From Thecamonas trahens ATCC 50062 (Eukaryota; Protista; Apusomonadida): a stretch of DNA of 64,000 nucleotides. The stretch covers positions 372,001 to 436,000 of the forward strand of contig NW_013657675.1 of assembly GCF_000142905.1 (NCBI RefSeq). The letters run 5' to 3'. The position numbers and the translations under genes were made by a program. The notes beneath the pieces were generated by a model. That model was given only the letters and a program-made list of their open reading frames with translations, ran no database searches and was not told the origin of the DNA. This document shows positions 34,069 through 45,735 of this stretch, piece after piece; position 1 is the first letter of the stretch; every line of letters starts with the position of its first letter.

Positions 34069-34473
34069 ACATGCATCACAACTTAGTTGTAGAACGAGCC
34101 GTGCCGATCTGCGCGTCGTCGCTACAGGGCGGATTGCATGGTCAAAGTAAGCAGCGCGTCGACTATGAGTTCTGCAGGCAGATGCGCATCGGCTGCGGGC
34201 CTGTCTGCGACGCAATCATCCGCGCCCTCTGCGATCGCCAGGAACGTTGTGGGAACGTTCCCGTTCGCCGTGGCCAGTGGCGGGCGGCTGAACACGACGC
34301 CCGCGCGACGCCCGCGCGGTTTTCGACGCCTGGCATGCGCAATGCGCAGCGCATAGGGTCTACACTTGGCATGTGTGTACCCACGACATTCCTACAACTT
34401 GTACACAAGGGGATTCCGTAAAGACTGCGGCATGCGGACAGGAGAGGGGAGAAGGGTGCTAAAGGCCTAGTTC

Positions 34474-34612
34474 GGGACCGTTCTGAGAACGGTCCCAGAA
34501 CGGTCCTGCGACCGTTCCTGGAACGGTCCTGGGCGCCAGTGTTCTGCGACCGTTCCCGGAACGGTATCCCCAAGACGCGATGCAAGACGCGATGCTATCC
34601 CCGAAACGCGAC
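34474..34612. repeat. Palindrome/iteron array: three ACCGTTC-NNN-GAACGGT palindromes plus short direct repeats
   Basis: Palindromes at 34474-34496, 34510-34528 and 34549-34565; extra half-site at 34497-34506; CAAGACGCGATG x2 and TATCCCC x2. Confidence 0.9.
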
Positions 34613-34617
34613 ACTCT

Positions 34618-34772
34618 CATAATATATATATGTACATATATATATTTACAACGTAAAAATATAACAGTATAAATACAATTGTACAAAGTCAAAAAAGTTA
34701 TACTATTCTTTACAGAATTATATAAAACAAGTATTTGCAGCGTTTTAGGTGCAACTCGCAAAGATTTTTTAC
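34618..34772. other. Strongly AT-rich block starting with a perfect 26-bp palindrome
   Basis: 22 G+C in the 120 nt 34621-34740 (~18%) versus a GC-rich background; AATATATATATGTACATATATATATT at 34621-34646 is its own reverse complement. Confidence 0.9.
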
Positions 34773-35071
34773 ATCAGTCGTGGCAAGCGCGAGGAGTCAC
34801 CACAAACCTTCCTCCTCACCCCCAGTACGCTTGTAGTCATCCCTTAAGAGTGACTCAGCAAGTACGGATGCTCCAAGTACTCAGTTATCGAACGCAAGCA
34901 GCGTTATACTTTGATCTACTATGTGGCGCACACAATCGTCATTGGGAAACTATCAATATCATTCGAGAGATCAATCGTTGCCTCGTCACCATCATCGAGC
35001 TCGCCATCGTTTACTGCAAAGAGCGGCATCGGCATCACGTCAAGCACATCCTACCCCTTAACAAGTAACTT

Positions 35072-36041
35072 CTAGGGCGACGCGGCGGTCGCAGGCGTGT
35101 ACGGCGTCGCGTTGGTCGTCGCAGACGCGGTTGCGCCGTACGCTGTCGCACCATGCGCAGCCGACTTGTCGGCAAGACCCTGCGTGTCACCGTCGGGCAC
35201 AAACTGCCTCTGCTTGAGCGAAAACCGCCGCCCGCCAACGTGGTACATGCCCTTCCGCTCGAAGAGCATCAACACGGCCGACACGATGCCCCAGATCATG
35301 GTCATGAACGCCATGCCAAAGCCCGTCGAGTACTTGCCCTTGGTCCCGCTCACCTTTGGCTTGCCCACAACACACAGATAGAGGAACCAAGCAAAGGCCA
35401 CGTTGCCCGCCACTGCAAAGTAGCCCACCATCGCTGTCAACCGCGCCTGCTCCAGCGAAATGACGTTCGTGAAGATCTCCCAGATGGCCACCACATTGGC
35501 CGCCAGCGCCACCATCAGCGCGAGAAAGCCAAAGAAGAGAAAGGTGAACGCCGCGCCGCCGCCGTGCCGGAACTTCTTGTACTTGGAGTCGTAGTGCTTC
35601 TCAAAGTACGAGATGGACTTGCAGCCAACGCCCTTGGCGCAGCCCTTGAACAGGCCAACGTGGCCATCGTCAAACTTCACCCACTCCAGCGTACCCATAG
35701 CTGCGCTCTCCACCGCAACACATGTACCTCCCCCGTTTGTAAGTACGCTCGCTTCTCACGCTGCTCTCCAAGGTACGTTCGCTATCCTTCACCCTACTCG
35801 CACCTAGAGTGGCCTCACAGGAGGGGGGGGGGGGGGCGGTGCCACGCAGGCGCCTGTCTCGCACATGAGCACCGCGGTCTGACAACTGGCTCAACACGGC
35901 CGAAGAGAGCGAGAGCGTACCGACGCAGATAAAGATAAAAGTGAGGACAGAAACAAGGAGGGCAACAAACGGCTTCCACGCCACAACCGTGGGATTCATT
36001 TCCTTGACGCCCTCCTTCACCTTGGCGATGTGAGGCTGCAT
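35072..36041 (-). CDS. Claudin/PMP22-superfamily tetraspan membrane protein; intron 35701-35920
   Basis: Spliced product ...FIFICVAMGTLEW..GHVGLFKGCAKGVGC has a W-GL[WF]-C-C-like first loop and four hydrophobic segments; GTACGC donor with phase-compatible CAG. Confidence 0.72.
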
Positions 36042-37316
36042 CAGATTTTTTCGTTGGAGTGCGGTGTTGTGGGAGCACGCGTAGGCATTCGCCCAAGCCT
36101 GCCGCTCTCAGAAGTGCCAACTATTAGCCGATCCGCCACACTGCTCGGCGCCGAGCAACTACCTCGACCTGTCTCATACCCGATTCAGCGTCTCCTGTGT
36201 CTCCAGCACATCAGCGGCACTTGCTCACTGCCTCGCGGCGACACACCAGGACTGGCGGATGATGCTCCGCAGCTTGGAGTCGACCGATGAACGCGCGCCG
36301 CCGGCACTGATGTTGAGACAAACAGCAGGCGAGAGGCCGCTAAAGGCTACCCATCGAGTGTCGAACTCTTACAGTATGGTGGCAGCAAGGAACATGTCTG
36401 CCACGGGCGCATTCGGCCGATGGCTTCTAGTCTCGGGCTAACATCGCGCCGAGAGTTGACCGGCCAGCCGTCAGCGTTAGTTGCGTGTGCGCCACCACCA
36501 GGAGGCCACAGTCGAGGGCAAAGATTTGGCCCACCTCCCGCAATAGCAGCACGCTCCCAATCGACATGTTGTCCAAAGAAAACCAATGAGCTTTGATAGC
36601 TCTCGAGAGGGGATCCACACCGCAGATGGGCACACTCATTGCTTGCTTTTGGCACCGGTTCACTCACATTCTCTGTTGGCCGGCCGAGCGGTCACTCCGC
36701 TGGCTCGACGGCTTGGAGAGTTCCTTGCATTTACTGTGTTGACCATCTTTGCCAGCACATCGTGCCAATTGGCACAGTCAACCGCGTGTACGTGAGCGCT
36801 GTTCGATGGCTCGCGTACACACGATATCAAGGCAAGAATTGGGCGCCCAGATGGCGCCCGTCGTCGTCGTCGCGCATCATCATCAGAAAGGGTGGGCAGG
36901 TGAGTTCCCGCTCCGTCAGAGCCGACTGTGTCGACGCCATCGGAGCTCTTAGCGGAGTAAGGTGTTAGCCGCTTCGTCTCGCTCAGCCGGCCGCGAGTGT
37001 TAGCGACTCGTAGCCGTCGCGGCAACAGAAGTCAACTCTTCGTGCGCGTGTCGCCTGAATTGCGGCGTTCTTTCCATGTGTCTATATGTGATCAACTCGG
37101 ATCCGTTTGATGTCCACTTGGGGCATGCACACAATGCCGCAACTGGCAGTCCACGTGCACACACCCATACCCTCACTCGCCAATGTAAAATCGCGTGTGA
37201 CGGTCCGGTGGCACTTGTAGCCTACTCACTATTGCAGCGTGGCCACTCTTGTCTCGACTTGAATTCGCGGACAGGACCCTTTACACACTCCAGCTCACCA
37301 GCCAAGGCCACCCACG

Positions 37317-39443
37317 ATGCACTCTATTCCGCCTGCTCTTGTGGCGCTAGCCCTCGTCGCCTTGCTGCTTGTTGCCGCTGCCGCGGCAGAAAATGCGCGC
37401 CCGTCGTCTTTGTTCGCCCAGGATGCAGCCGCGCCCACCAGGCCCCGCTATGTTCCCCTCACCGCAAGTCCTACCCCCATCGGCAAGGAGACAGCCAAAA
37501 GCGTATGCTACTCCATTTTCTTTCCCATGCCTCATCCATTCCCTTCCCATCCTGCCCCGTTCTCGCCCGCCACCACCCGCAGGCTTTGTCCTGCACTCAT
37601 CCACGCAGATGCGAGCCCACGCTGTCAGTTTTTTCCCCTTTTTTCCCGCGCCCACACTGACCACACCCAGTCCAAACCCTCGTCCAAACCCTCGTCCAAG
37701 TCGTCCAAGTCGTCCAAGTCGTCCAAGTCGTCCAAAGACTCGAAAGCTCACCCGCCGTCAGTCCCACCGACTTCGAGCGCGTGCATCCCCGGCGTACCTA
37801 CCACTTTTGTGGCCGAACAAACAGCTCCACCCGATTCGCGCATTGACTCGCCCTCGACCCTCACGTACGACTCGCCAACGTTTGGCCCTGGCAGCGTTAT
37901 CACCTGCACCAACATCCTCGGCAAGGGCAAGAAGCGCGGCGGCATTTCGATCGTTGTCCGCAACTCGGCCAACGTCGTCGTCGCCGACACCAAGCTCAAG
38001 GGTGAGACCCGCGGCGCGTGGTGCCGTCTCTCCGGCGACGGCTCGACCCTCCTCGTCGCCACCACTCTCCTTGGCCGCAAGCTTGGCACGACCAAGTCCA
38101 AGCCGTCCCCGCTCGATGACGTCTGGCATCCCCGTGTCATCGCCATCACCATCTCGTCGCTCGCCGCCCGTTCTCGCTCCCGGGCCCAGACCCACACTCG
38201 CGCGGATTGTTGCACCATCGATTCGTTCTTTGACATCGACTATGGCGACTACGGCTCCCGCTCCCGCGGTATCGTCGGCATGGAGGCAGGTACGGGCGCA
38301 CGCGACGTCCATTTCTTGCTCGCCCCCATAGATGCGTCCGACAAACGGCTGCTCTCAGCCTTTGTCGACCTTGACAAGCCCGATGCCGCCGAGGTGCGAG
38401 AGGAAGAGTCCGGAACTATCGCCCTTGCCATCGACACTCTCAGCAAGACTCCACAAGTCTACGCCTTTGTTGTCACTGACGAGGAGGTGCTCAAGACCCC
38501 ACCGCCCAAGACAGCTTTGCCGATCAAGATCGGGACCCGTGCCTTTATTCGCCGTGGCAAGATTAAGAAGCGGGTTGTGTCCTCCTACCGCTATGTCGCC
38601 GTCGTCTCAACCGACCTCGATCCCGGCTTCAACCCGGGCGGCATCACCGTCTTTGGCCCGAGCATCGTCACCGTCCACGGCACTGTTGATGGTGATGACG
38701 CAACCAAGAAGCCTGGCACGGCCGTGCTCCTCACCGTCCACGCCGACCCGTCGCTGCCCGACATCTTCCGCGTCACCGTTCCCGTCAACTCATTCCGCCA
38801 GCTCAAGCCGGGCACCCTTTTGATTTCCCCCCCGATCTCCAAGACGCGCACCGCGTCGGCTTCGCCTACCACATCGAGAGGCATAATTAACGGGGGAAAT
38901 CTTGTGGTTGCCGATGATGCTTCGCTCACCCTCTTTTCCGTCTCGTGCCTCTCGGTCGACTGCTTCAAGTATGAGGTGGCGTACACAACCTCGGTCCCGC
39001 TAACGCCCGCCAAGACCACCCGCACTTCGTTTGCTGTACTTCTCGGCTCTGGGAGCGCGTCGTCATCGGCTTCAGTATGCTCTGACCTCGATGCAAAAAA
39101 CCGCATCGTCGTCGTTCGCGCCTCTTGCATCGCGCCCGCGACAACGCCAGTCTTGCCGTCGCCGGTCAGCCCGGTCGCCGCCACAGGTAACGTCCAGGGT
39201 TCGGTCTCCAACGTTGATGACAACCAAGCCAACGCCTCCAAGCCCTCTGGCCTCTCGTCGACCTCGAGTATTGTCGCTCTCGCTTCCGCTGCCGTTGTTT
39301 TCATCGCTTTCGCCGCTTCCGCTGCCTTTGGCTATGCGAGGCACTCTCGGCGCGCTCGCGCCGTAGCCCGAGACCCTCCACTCGACGTCGTATCAGCGTC
39401 AGCCTCGTCTTCAGCCCTCGACCCGTCTGAATCAAGCGTGTAG
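37317..39443 (+). CDS. Hypothetical type I membrane/surface protein; probable in-frame intron 37503-37670
   Basis: N-terminal signal peptide, SKS repeat, Cys-containing ectodomain, C-terminal TM (IVALASAAVVFIAFAASAAFGY) followed by basic residues; GTATGC..CACTGAC..CAG. Confidence 0.7.
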   Translation: MHSIPPALVALALVALLLVAAAAAENARPSSLFAQDAAAPTRPRYVPLTASPTPIGKETAKSVCYSIFFPMPHPFPSHPAPFSPATTRRLCPALIHADASPRCQFFPLFSRAHTDHTQSKPSSKPSSKSSKSSKSSKSSKDSKAHPPSVPPTSSACIPGVPTTFVAEQTAPPDSRIDSPSTLTYDSPTFGPGSVITCTNILGKGKKRGGISIVVRNSANVVVADTKLKGETRGAWCRLSGDGSTLLVATTLLGRKLGTTKSKPSPLDDVWHPRVIAITISSLAARSRSRAQTHTRADCCTIDSFFDIDYGDYGSRSRGIVGMEAGTGARDVHFLLAPIDASDKRLLSAFVDLDKPDAAEVREEESGTIALAIDTLSKTPQVYAFVVTDEEVLKTPPPKTALPIKIGTRAFIRRGKIKKRVVSSYRYVAVVSTDLDPGFNPGGITVFGPSIVTVHGTVDGDDATKKPGTAVLLTVHADPSLPDIFRVTVPVNSFRQLKPGTLLISPPISKTRTASASPTTSRGIINGGNLVVADDASLTLFSVSCLSVDCFKYEVAYTTSVPLTPAKTTRTSFAVLLGSGSASSSASVCSDLDAKNRIVVVRASCIAPATTPVLPSPVSPVAATGNVQGSVSNVDDNQANASKPSGLSSTSSIVALASAAVVFIAFAASAAFGYARHSRRARAVARDPPLDVVSASASSSALDPSESSV

Positions 39444-39506
39444 TAGTGGCGTCCAACTGGCCGCCAACCCTTTCCTAAAACGCTACCGTGTTTTATCCAC
39501 ACACAC

Positions 39507-42500
39507 CTACAGCCGCGGCCAAACCTTGGCGCGGACAATGTCCGCCTCGGCCTGCAGCCGCTCGAGTTCGGCCTTGCCCATCTTGAGGCGCTCAACGAGG
39601 CGGCGCTTGGCGCGGACCCGCTTTTCGCGGGCCGAAGCACCGCCATCCTCGCGCTGGGCCTGGACAGAGGCGATGCGGCGGCGCTCTTCAACGCCGGCGA
39701 CCAGCTCGCGCTCGCGCGACTCGAGCAGCGCGTTCTCCTCGCGAACCCGAGCGGTTGCGGCCTGGACTCGCCCAAGCTGCGTGCCGAGCTCGGCGCGGCG
39801 GCTCTCGTGGTTGGCCGCCGCCGCTGCTAGCCGCCGCTCCAGGTTGGCCACCTCGGTGGCGCGCTTGTCGGTTCCGCCACCCTTGATCAGCTCCTGCAGC
39901 GACTTGGTCACCCGCAGCAGCTGAAAGTCGCGGATTTCGTCCGCAATCTCGGAACAGACGAGCGCGTTCTTGGCAACCTCCCACTCGACGAGTGCCACCC
40001 GCGCCTTGACATCCTTGATCTCCTCCAGAATGCCAAGCCTTGCCTCGCCGAGCTCGCGGATCCGTGTGTTGAGTCGCTCCACTAGCGAGCGATCGACCAT
40101 GACGTTGCGCCCCAAGCTTGCCTCGTCCTGGCCCTGCTTGAGCGTCAGCTGGATCTCCAGATTGAGGAACGACCGCGCACGCTCCTCACGGAACGCGTTG
40201 AGCTCCGCAAGCTTGGCGTCCATCGCCTGCGCCGCTTCGCCTGCTTGCGCCTCCACCTCGGCCACCTGCGCTCGGACTTTGGCCACCACGCCTCCGCACC
40301 GCCGAACGTGCTCGTCGAGCTCAGCGCGCTCCTCGCGCGCCGTCCACACCCGGTCCCACACCGCGTCTGAGACCTCGGCCGGCCGCCCGAGCTCCGTCCG
40401 CGGAAGACCTCGAACAGTGCCTTACGGTGAAAGTCCTCCCCGGCCAGTGAGGTCTTGAACTCGCGCTCGAGCGCAGCCTCCTCGGCCCGCGCGGCCTCGT
40501 ACTCGCCGCGAGCCGCGTCAAGAATCGCCTCAAACTCGGCAAGCTCGTGGGCTGCGTCCGCCGCAGCCACGCGCGTGCCTTCGAGCTCGTCAACAAGCGC
40601 AGCCTCGCGCCCGGCGTCGCGCGACCGTTGCAGCAGACTGCTGGCGAGCTTGATGATCCGCAGCTCGTCCTCACACACAGACATGTCGGTTCGCAGCCGT
40701 GCGTTAAACAGCTCCGCGAGGGTAGCGTCAAACCCAGCGCGCTCCTCTGCATTTGCCACCCGCAGCTTCTTGAGCTCGGTCTCGAGTGCCCGGCGGTACT
40801 TTTGCGCCTCCTCCTGTGCCTCTTGCACCCGCGCCTCAAACTCCTTCACCGCTCGCACCTCCTCCTCAGTCAGCTCGGTCGTCGGCTTGTCCATCCACTC
40901 GGGGCGCTCCAGCGAGACCTGCAGCGCGTCCTTGGTCCGCTCCTCCACCTTGCCGTACATCATCTCTTCCAGCGCACGCTCGCCCGAGTCGTCACCGCGC
41001 TCCAGCAGCAGCCGCGCCTCCTCGGCAGCACGCGCTGCCTCGGCGGCAGCCACCTCCTCGGGCGGCACAAACCGCTCGATGCCCATCTCAGCGTCGCTCA
41101 CGCTCAGCACCGACGACGGCATCTCCTCAGCAGAAAGCGCAGGAGTCACCACCTCGCCAGGCTCGTCAAGCTCACTCAGAATGACGGCAATCCGCTCATT
41201 CCGCTCCTCAATCGCCGAAATCGCTGCAGCCTTGGCCTTGAGCACACGCCTCGCCTCGGCGTTGAACTTGCGCTTGGTGGCCCGGATCCGGTGCCGGAGC
41301 ATGTGCATTTGCGAAATCTGCCGGTTGCGCGTGTTGAGCTGGAACGGCGAGTACAGCAGTGAGCTCTTGGTCACTCCTTCGCCGTCATCCGAGTACTGGC
41401 TCTCCATGTCAAACGACGAGCCGAGCTCCGAGCCCGGCGAGCCCACCGAGCCGGCGCCCGAGCCGCCCGAAGGGAGCCCAAGCGAGATGACAGACGCCCG
41501 TCGGCGCCGCTGCGGGTGCCGCAGTGCCGCCAGCGGCGACGGCGGCGGCGCAGAGCCCAGTGGCGGGCGGACATTGGGACTATTGTTGCTCACCGCCGAC
41601 GCTGCTGCCTTGGCCGCCTCCTCCTCGGCTGCTGCTTCGGCCGCAAGCTCCACTCTGCGGAGGACGCGGATTTTCGCCACCGCACGCTCGCCCTCGGCTG
41701 TCGAGCGCGGCAGCGGGTACGAAGCCACAATCACCGGGGTGTCAAAGCCCTTCAGCCGGAGCCCGGCCTCGGACATCGCTTCCCAGCACGAGCTGATGAT
41801 CGCGGCACACGCGGCGTCCACGTTAATGTTGGCAAACCGCAGCCGCTCAGACTCGAGAAACGCAGCCTGGTCGCCGGCCTTGAGCGTCAGCGCAACCCAC
41901 TCGGGGTCAACCACAAATGCCTCTTCCTCCAGCTGCTCGATCGGCAAGACAGCACGGTTGGCGTCGAGAATGACCTGAAACCGGGTCTGGAGCGAACTCA
42001 CCCGCGTCAGCCGTGCAGCCTTGACCGCGAGCTTCTGCTGCGCCTCGGCCTTGGCCACCTTTAGCGCCTCGGCAACCACCACATCCGGCTCGGACGCCGT
42101 CGGTGCAGAGTCGGCCTCGAGTGTCGGCAAGAGCGCGAGGCCTGCCAGCGCAGGCACCTCGCTCTCCGGTACCGACCACCACGACGGGTATGAGACGACA
42201 AAGGCAAAAACTCCACCGTCGGGCCCGGCCGAGAACAAGTACTGCGAGTCGTACGACCAGGCCAGAACACCCACGCCGTGCGCAGCAGAACCATGTCGAA
42301 CTAGCGAAATAGGCGCCTTTCCCAGCTCGCCCGCAGGCCGTAGCATGACCGCCCCGTCCGACCCGCCTGTCGCCACCCACTCGCTGTTGGGCGCGAGGCT
42401 TAGCACGCCGCCAGGCTTGGCATGCCCGGCATACTCGGCGTTGGCCGGCGTGATGTCGGTTTGTCGCTCCGGCAGCGTGTACGTCTTGAACGCACCGTCC

Positions 42501-44200
42501 ATGGCGAGCGCAAAGACAGAGCCTCTGCCGCTCCCGCCCAACCGTCCGCGGCTCGAGCTGCTCGGCGCACGCAGCGCCGCCACAACCGGAAAGTCCGGGT
42601 TCATCGTCACGAGGCTGACCGCGGTCTGCGCAGGCCCATCAGCTCCGCGGACCTCGACCACGTTGCCTGCAGCGGTGACCACAAGCAGGCTGCTGCCGCC
42701 CGCATTTGGCACCGTGCTCCACTGCGCACTCACCACCGGCGAACCCAGCTCGACCGAGCGGAGGACCGGAAAGGCGTCGCTGGCCAAGGTTTCCGAGCTG
42801 GCGTCGAGGACCACAACCAGAATGCGACCGTCGATGCCACCGCTTGCCATGCAGCGCCCATCCGGCGAGAATACCACGGTGGTGACAGCCTTGGCGTGGA
42901 GCCGGCGGCGGAAGACAAGCCGCGGCGGCGCCATGGCCGCCGTCGCCTCGGTCACGTCAAACAGCCGCACCACTCCATTGTACGACCCAGCGGCAAGGAG
43001 CGGCGCGAGCGGCGCGTGGCCCAGTACAGACACCGGATCGTCCACCCGTGTGCTTGAGATGTGGAAGCCCGAGACGTAGTTCCACACTGAGATAGTGCCC
43101 GCTGCTGTTGCCAATGCCACAGCATGGGTGGTCGGGAACGGAGCCAGCGCCGTTGCGGGCTGCGTCACGCCAGACGCCACCAGCGCAAAGTCGCTGTTGG
43201 CCTCCCGCCGCATGTACGTCTCGCCGGCAGTGTTGACCACCACCCAGTGGCTCGACGTCTCGGCAACAATCACGTGCGCAATGGCTGCCGATGACGGAAG
43301 CGACTGAAGACCGGTGACCGTTGCTCCACACACCTCACCGTCCGCCTCATTGCGGCTGAGGGTGAACCATCGGAGTACACCGTCGGCGCCGCCGGTCACC
43401 ACCGTCTCGTCGTCGGTGAAGACCACGGCCGCGACGCCGCCGGAATTACTTTCCACAGCCTCCTCCAGAAGCATGGGGGCGACAGCAGTTCCGTCACCAG
43501 CATCGACCAGTGGCCATGCGAGCAGCGCACCGCCGGCCGTTCCGAGTATGAGCGTCCCGCCAGTGGCCCAGCACGCAGCCTGCACCTCGTGCCCATCGTT
43601 CAGCTCGAGGCCGCGGACCACAGCCCGCAGCGCAGGCGGATTGAATTGCTCGTACTGCGCGAGAGCAAGCGAGCCGTTGGCAACAATAACCAGCCGGGTC
43701 TCGTCGGCCACGTCAAAGATCAGCCGCGGGAGCACCCGGGCATACGGCTGCGAAAGTGCGGGAAAGACCGAATCGGAGACCACGACGCTCGCCAGCCGTT
43801 CGCCGGTCTGCCACCTCCAGAGCGTGAGCACCGGATGCGGCGGATGCGAGAGCACTGCGAGCACTTCGGACGATGGAGAGAAGGCAAGCGCCGAGACCGT
43901 GAGCTCCGATGAGGCCTCGAGCGTCGCCAGCACATCGAGAGACGGGTGCGCCAGTACATACACCGCAGGGTTGGCGCAGTTGGGCGCGTATGCCACAAGA
44001 CCGAGGGCCTCGTGCGCGGCAAAGGCTGTGAGCCCGGTCCCTGTTCCGGGCCCCCATGCAAACGTCGCCGCCTGCTCTTCGGCTTCCACCGGCGTAAACG
44101 CGAGCGCCATGCCGGCCAGCGACGCGACTGCCGTTGGCGGCGCCACAACGGCTGGCGCGTGCCGCAGCGACACTGCCAGCGTGGCGGCCGTCCGAATCAT
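39507..44200 (-). CDS. CFAP43: Cilia- and flagella-associated protein 43 (WD40 + coiled coil); frameshift near 40400
   Basis: WD40 N-half; SSLLYSPFQLNTRNRQISQ, ERALEEMMYGKVE, NLEIQLTLKQGQDE, IRDFQLLRVTKSLQ match recalled CFAP43/WDR96; start uncertain. Confidence 0.85.
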
Positions 44201-44521
44201 TCCCTCTGTAAACGTTTGGCGAGTGTTTCGTGTGTGTTTGTGTGTGTGTGTGTATACTGTACGTGGGTGTGTCAAGTGGTGTAGGGGAGCGGGAGAAGAG
44301 TGGCCCGTGTGGGGCGGGAGGGAGGGCGAGTGGCGGTGTGGGGGGGCTGGCGGCGGTCGGCCGTCGGACGCCACCTCGTGCCGCTGTTCGCAACTCTTCC
44401 CACTTTTTGCCTGGCAAACTACGTCATGATCTGTACCGGGCCACCTCCATGTGGCTGCAATGCAGATGATCTTTGCTGGCATATCTTTGCGGCCTTTTGG
44501 CTCGCCTACTACGTGAGACGG

Positions 44522-45480
44522 CTACTCGGTATCCTCAAAGACGGCACGGAAGTACTCCTTGCAGTCCTCGGGATCGGCCTTCATCGTCCGCGCACCCTCC
44601 TGCCAGTTAGCCGGGCACACGGTGTTGTCGCCCGCCTTGTGCACAAACTGGAAGGCCTTGAGCACACGCAGAGTCTCGTGGACCGAACGGCCGACCGGAA
44701 GATCGTTAATGGTGATCTGGCGGAGAATGCCTTCCGGGTCAATGATGAACAGGCCGCGCAGCGCCACGCCGGCGTCCTCGCCCTCGGTGATAAGCACGCC
44801 GTACTTGTCGGCAATCTTCTTCTCGAGATCCGAGATGATCGGGAACGCAATGTCGCCGAGCCCGCCCTCGGTCCGCTTGGTCTTGAGCCACGCAAGGTGG
44901 GTAAACTTGGAATCGACCGAAGCCGCGAGCACCGCCGTGTTCAGCGCCTCAAACTCTTTGTACGCATCCGAGAACGCGATGATCTCCGACGGACACACAA
45001 AGGTAAAGTCGAGAGGATCTGTTCATGTTGGAAACCAGTCCCCACAACACATCGACCGCAGTATTACTCGTGAGTACCAATCCACTTTCCCCTCCTTCCA
45101 CCTCCCCACGACCCACGACCCACGACCCACGACCCACACGAACAACTTACAGAAGAAGAGAACCACCCACTTGCCTGTGATCCCACCACAGATCGCCCGT
45201 CCAGCGCAGCGCAGTGCAGCGCAGCGCAGTGCAGCACAACCACCGATCAGGAGCAGTCAAATCGCCAACGTGAGTACGACATGCACACCTCGGCCTCCCC
45301 CTCCCCCTCCCCCTCCTCCTTACCCTTGTAGTCGTCCAGCGAGACCCGCACAAACTCCTTGTTGAGCACAGCGTCAGCCTCAAACAACGGCGCTGGTGTC
45401 TGCACACGCGGCTGGGCAACCGCGCCGCCAAAGGCAAGCGCCAGCACACAGGCTACAGCCACAGCAATCACAACCTTCAT
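44522..45480 (-). CDS. 2-Cys peroxiredoxin with signal peptide (PRDX4-like); exons 45324-45480, 45151-45174, 44522-45018
   Basis: Spliced [27 protein letters not shown]...[12 protein letters not shown]...VCPANW; hydrophobic N-terminal signal. Confidence 0.93.
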
Positions 45481-45735
45481 ATCAGCACAGTCTCGGAGCA
45501 AAAAGTAAAGTCGACAAGTGGTCCTCACCCTCGCCCTCGTCCTCCCCCTTGCCAAACTCCCCTCCATGCCCTTTCTTTTTGCAGGTGACGCGAATAGGCC
45601 GACCTCTGCCCCGGAGAGTGATGCCGGACCCATGTGCGAGTGCGAGGCCCTCTGCCCCTGCCTTGCCCGCTCCACACCCGCACCCGCACCCCACACTCCA
45701 CCCACCCCGCCCACCTCCTCCTCTGCTGCAACACC

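Noticed and set aside
34474-34612. CRISPR array or Helitron 3' end
   Set aside because: Repeats are short, abutting and lack unique spacers; no cas genes; eukaryotic context. The nearby CTAG (34467) lacks the Helitron hairpin spacing on either strand.
34679-35068. ORFs within the AT-rich block (34679-35068 plus, 34459-34761 minus)
   Set aside because: Composition and codon usage are unlike real genes here; no motifs.
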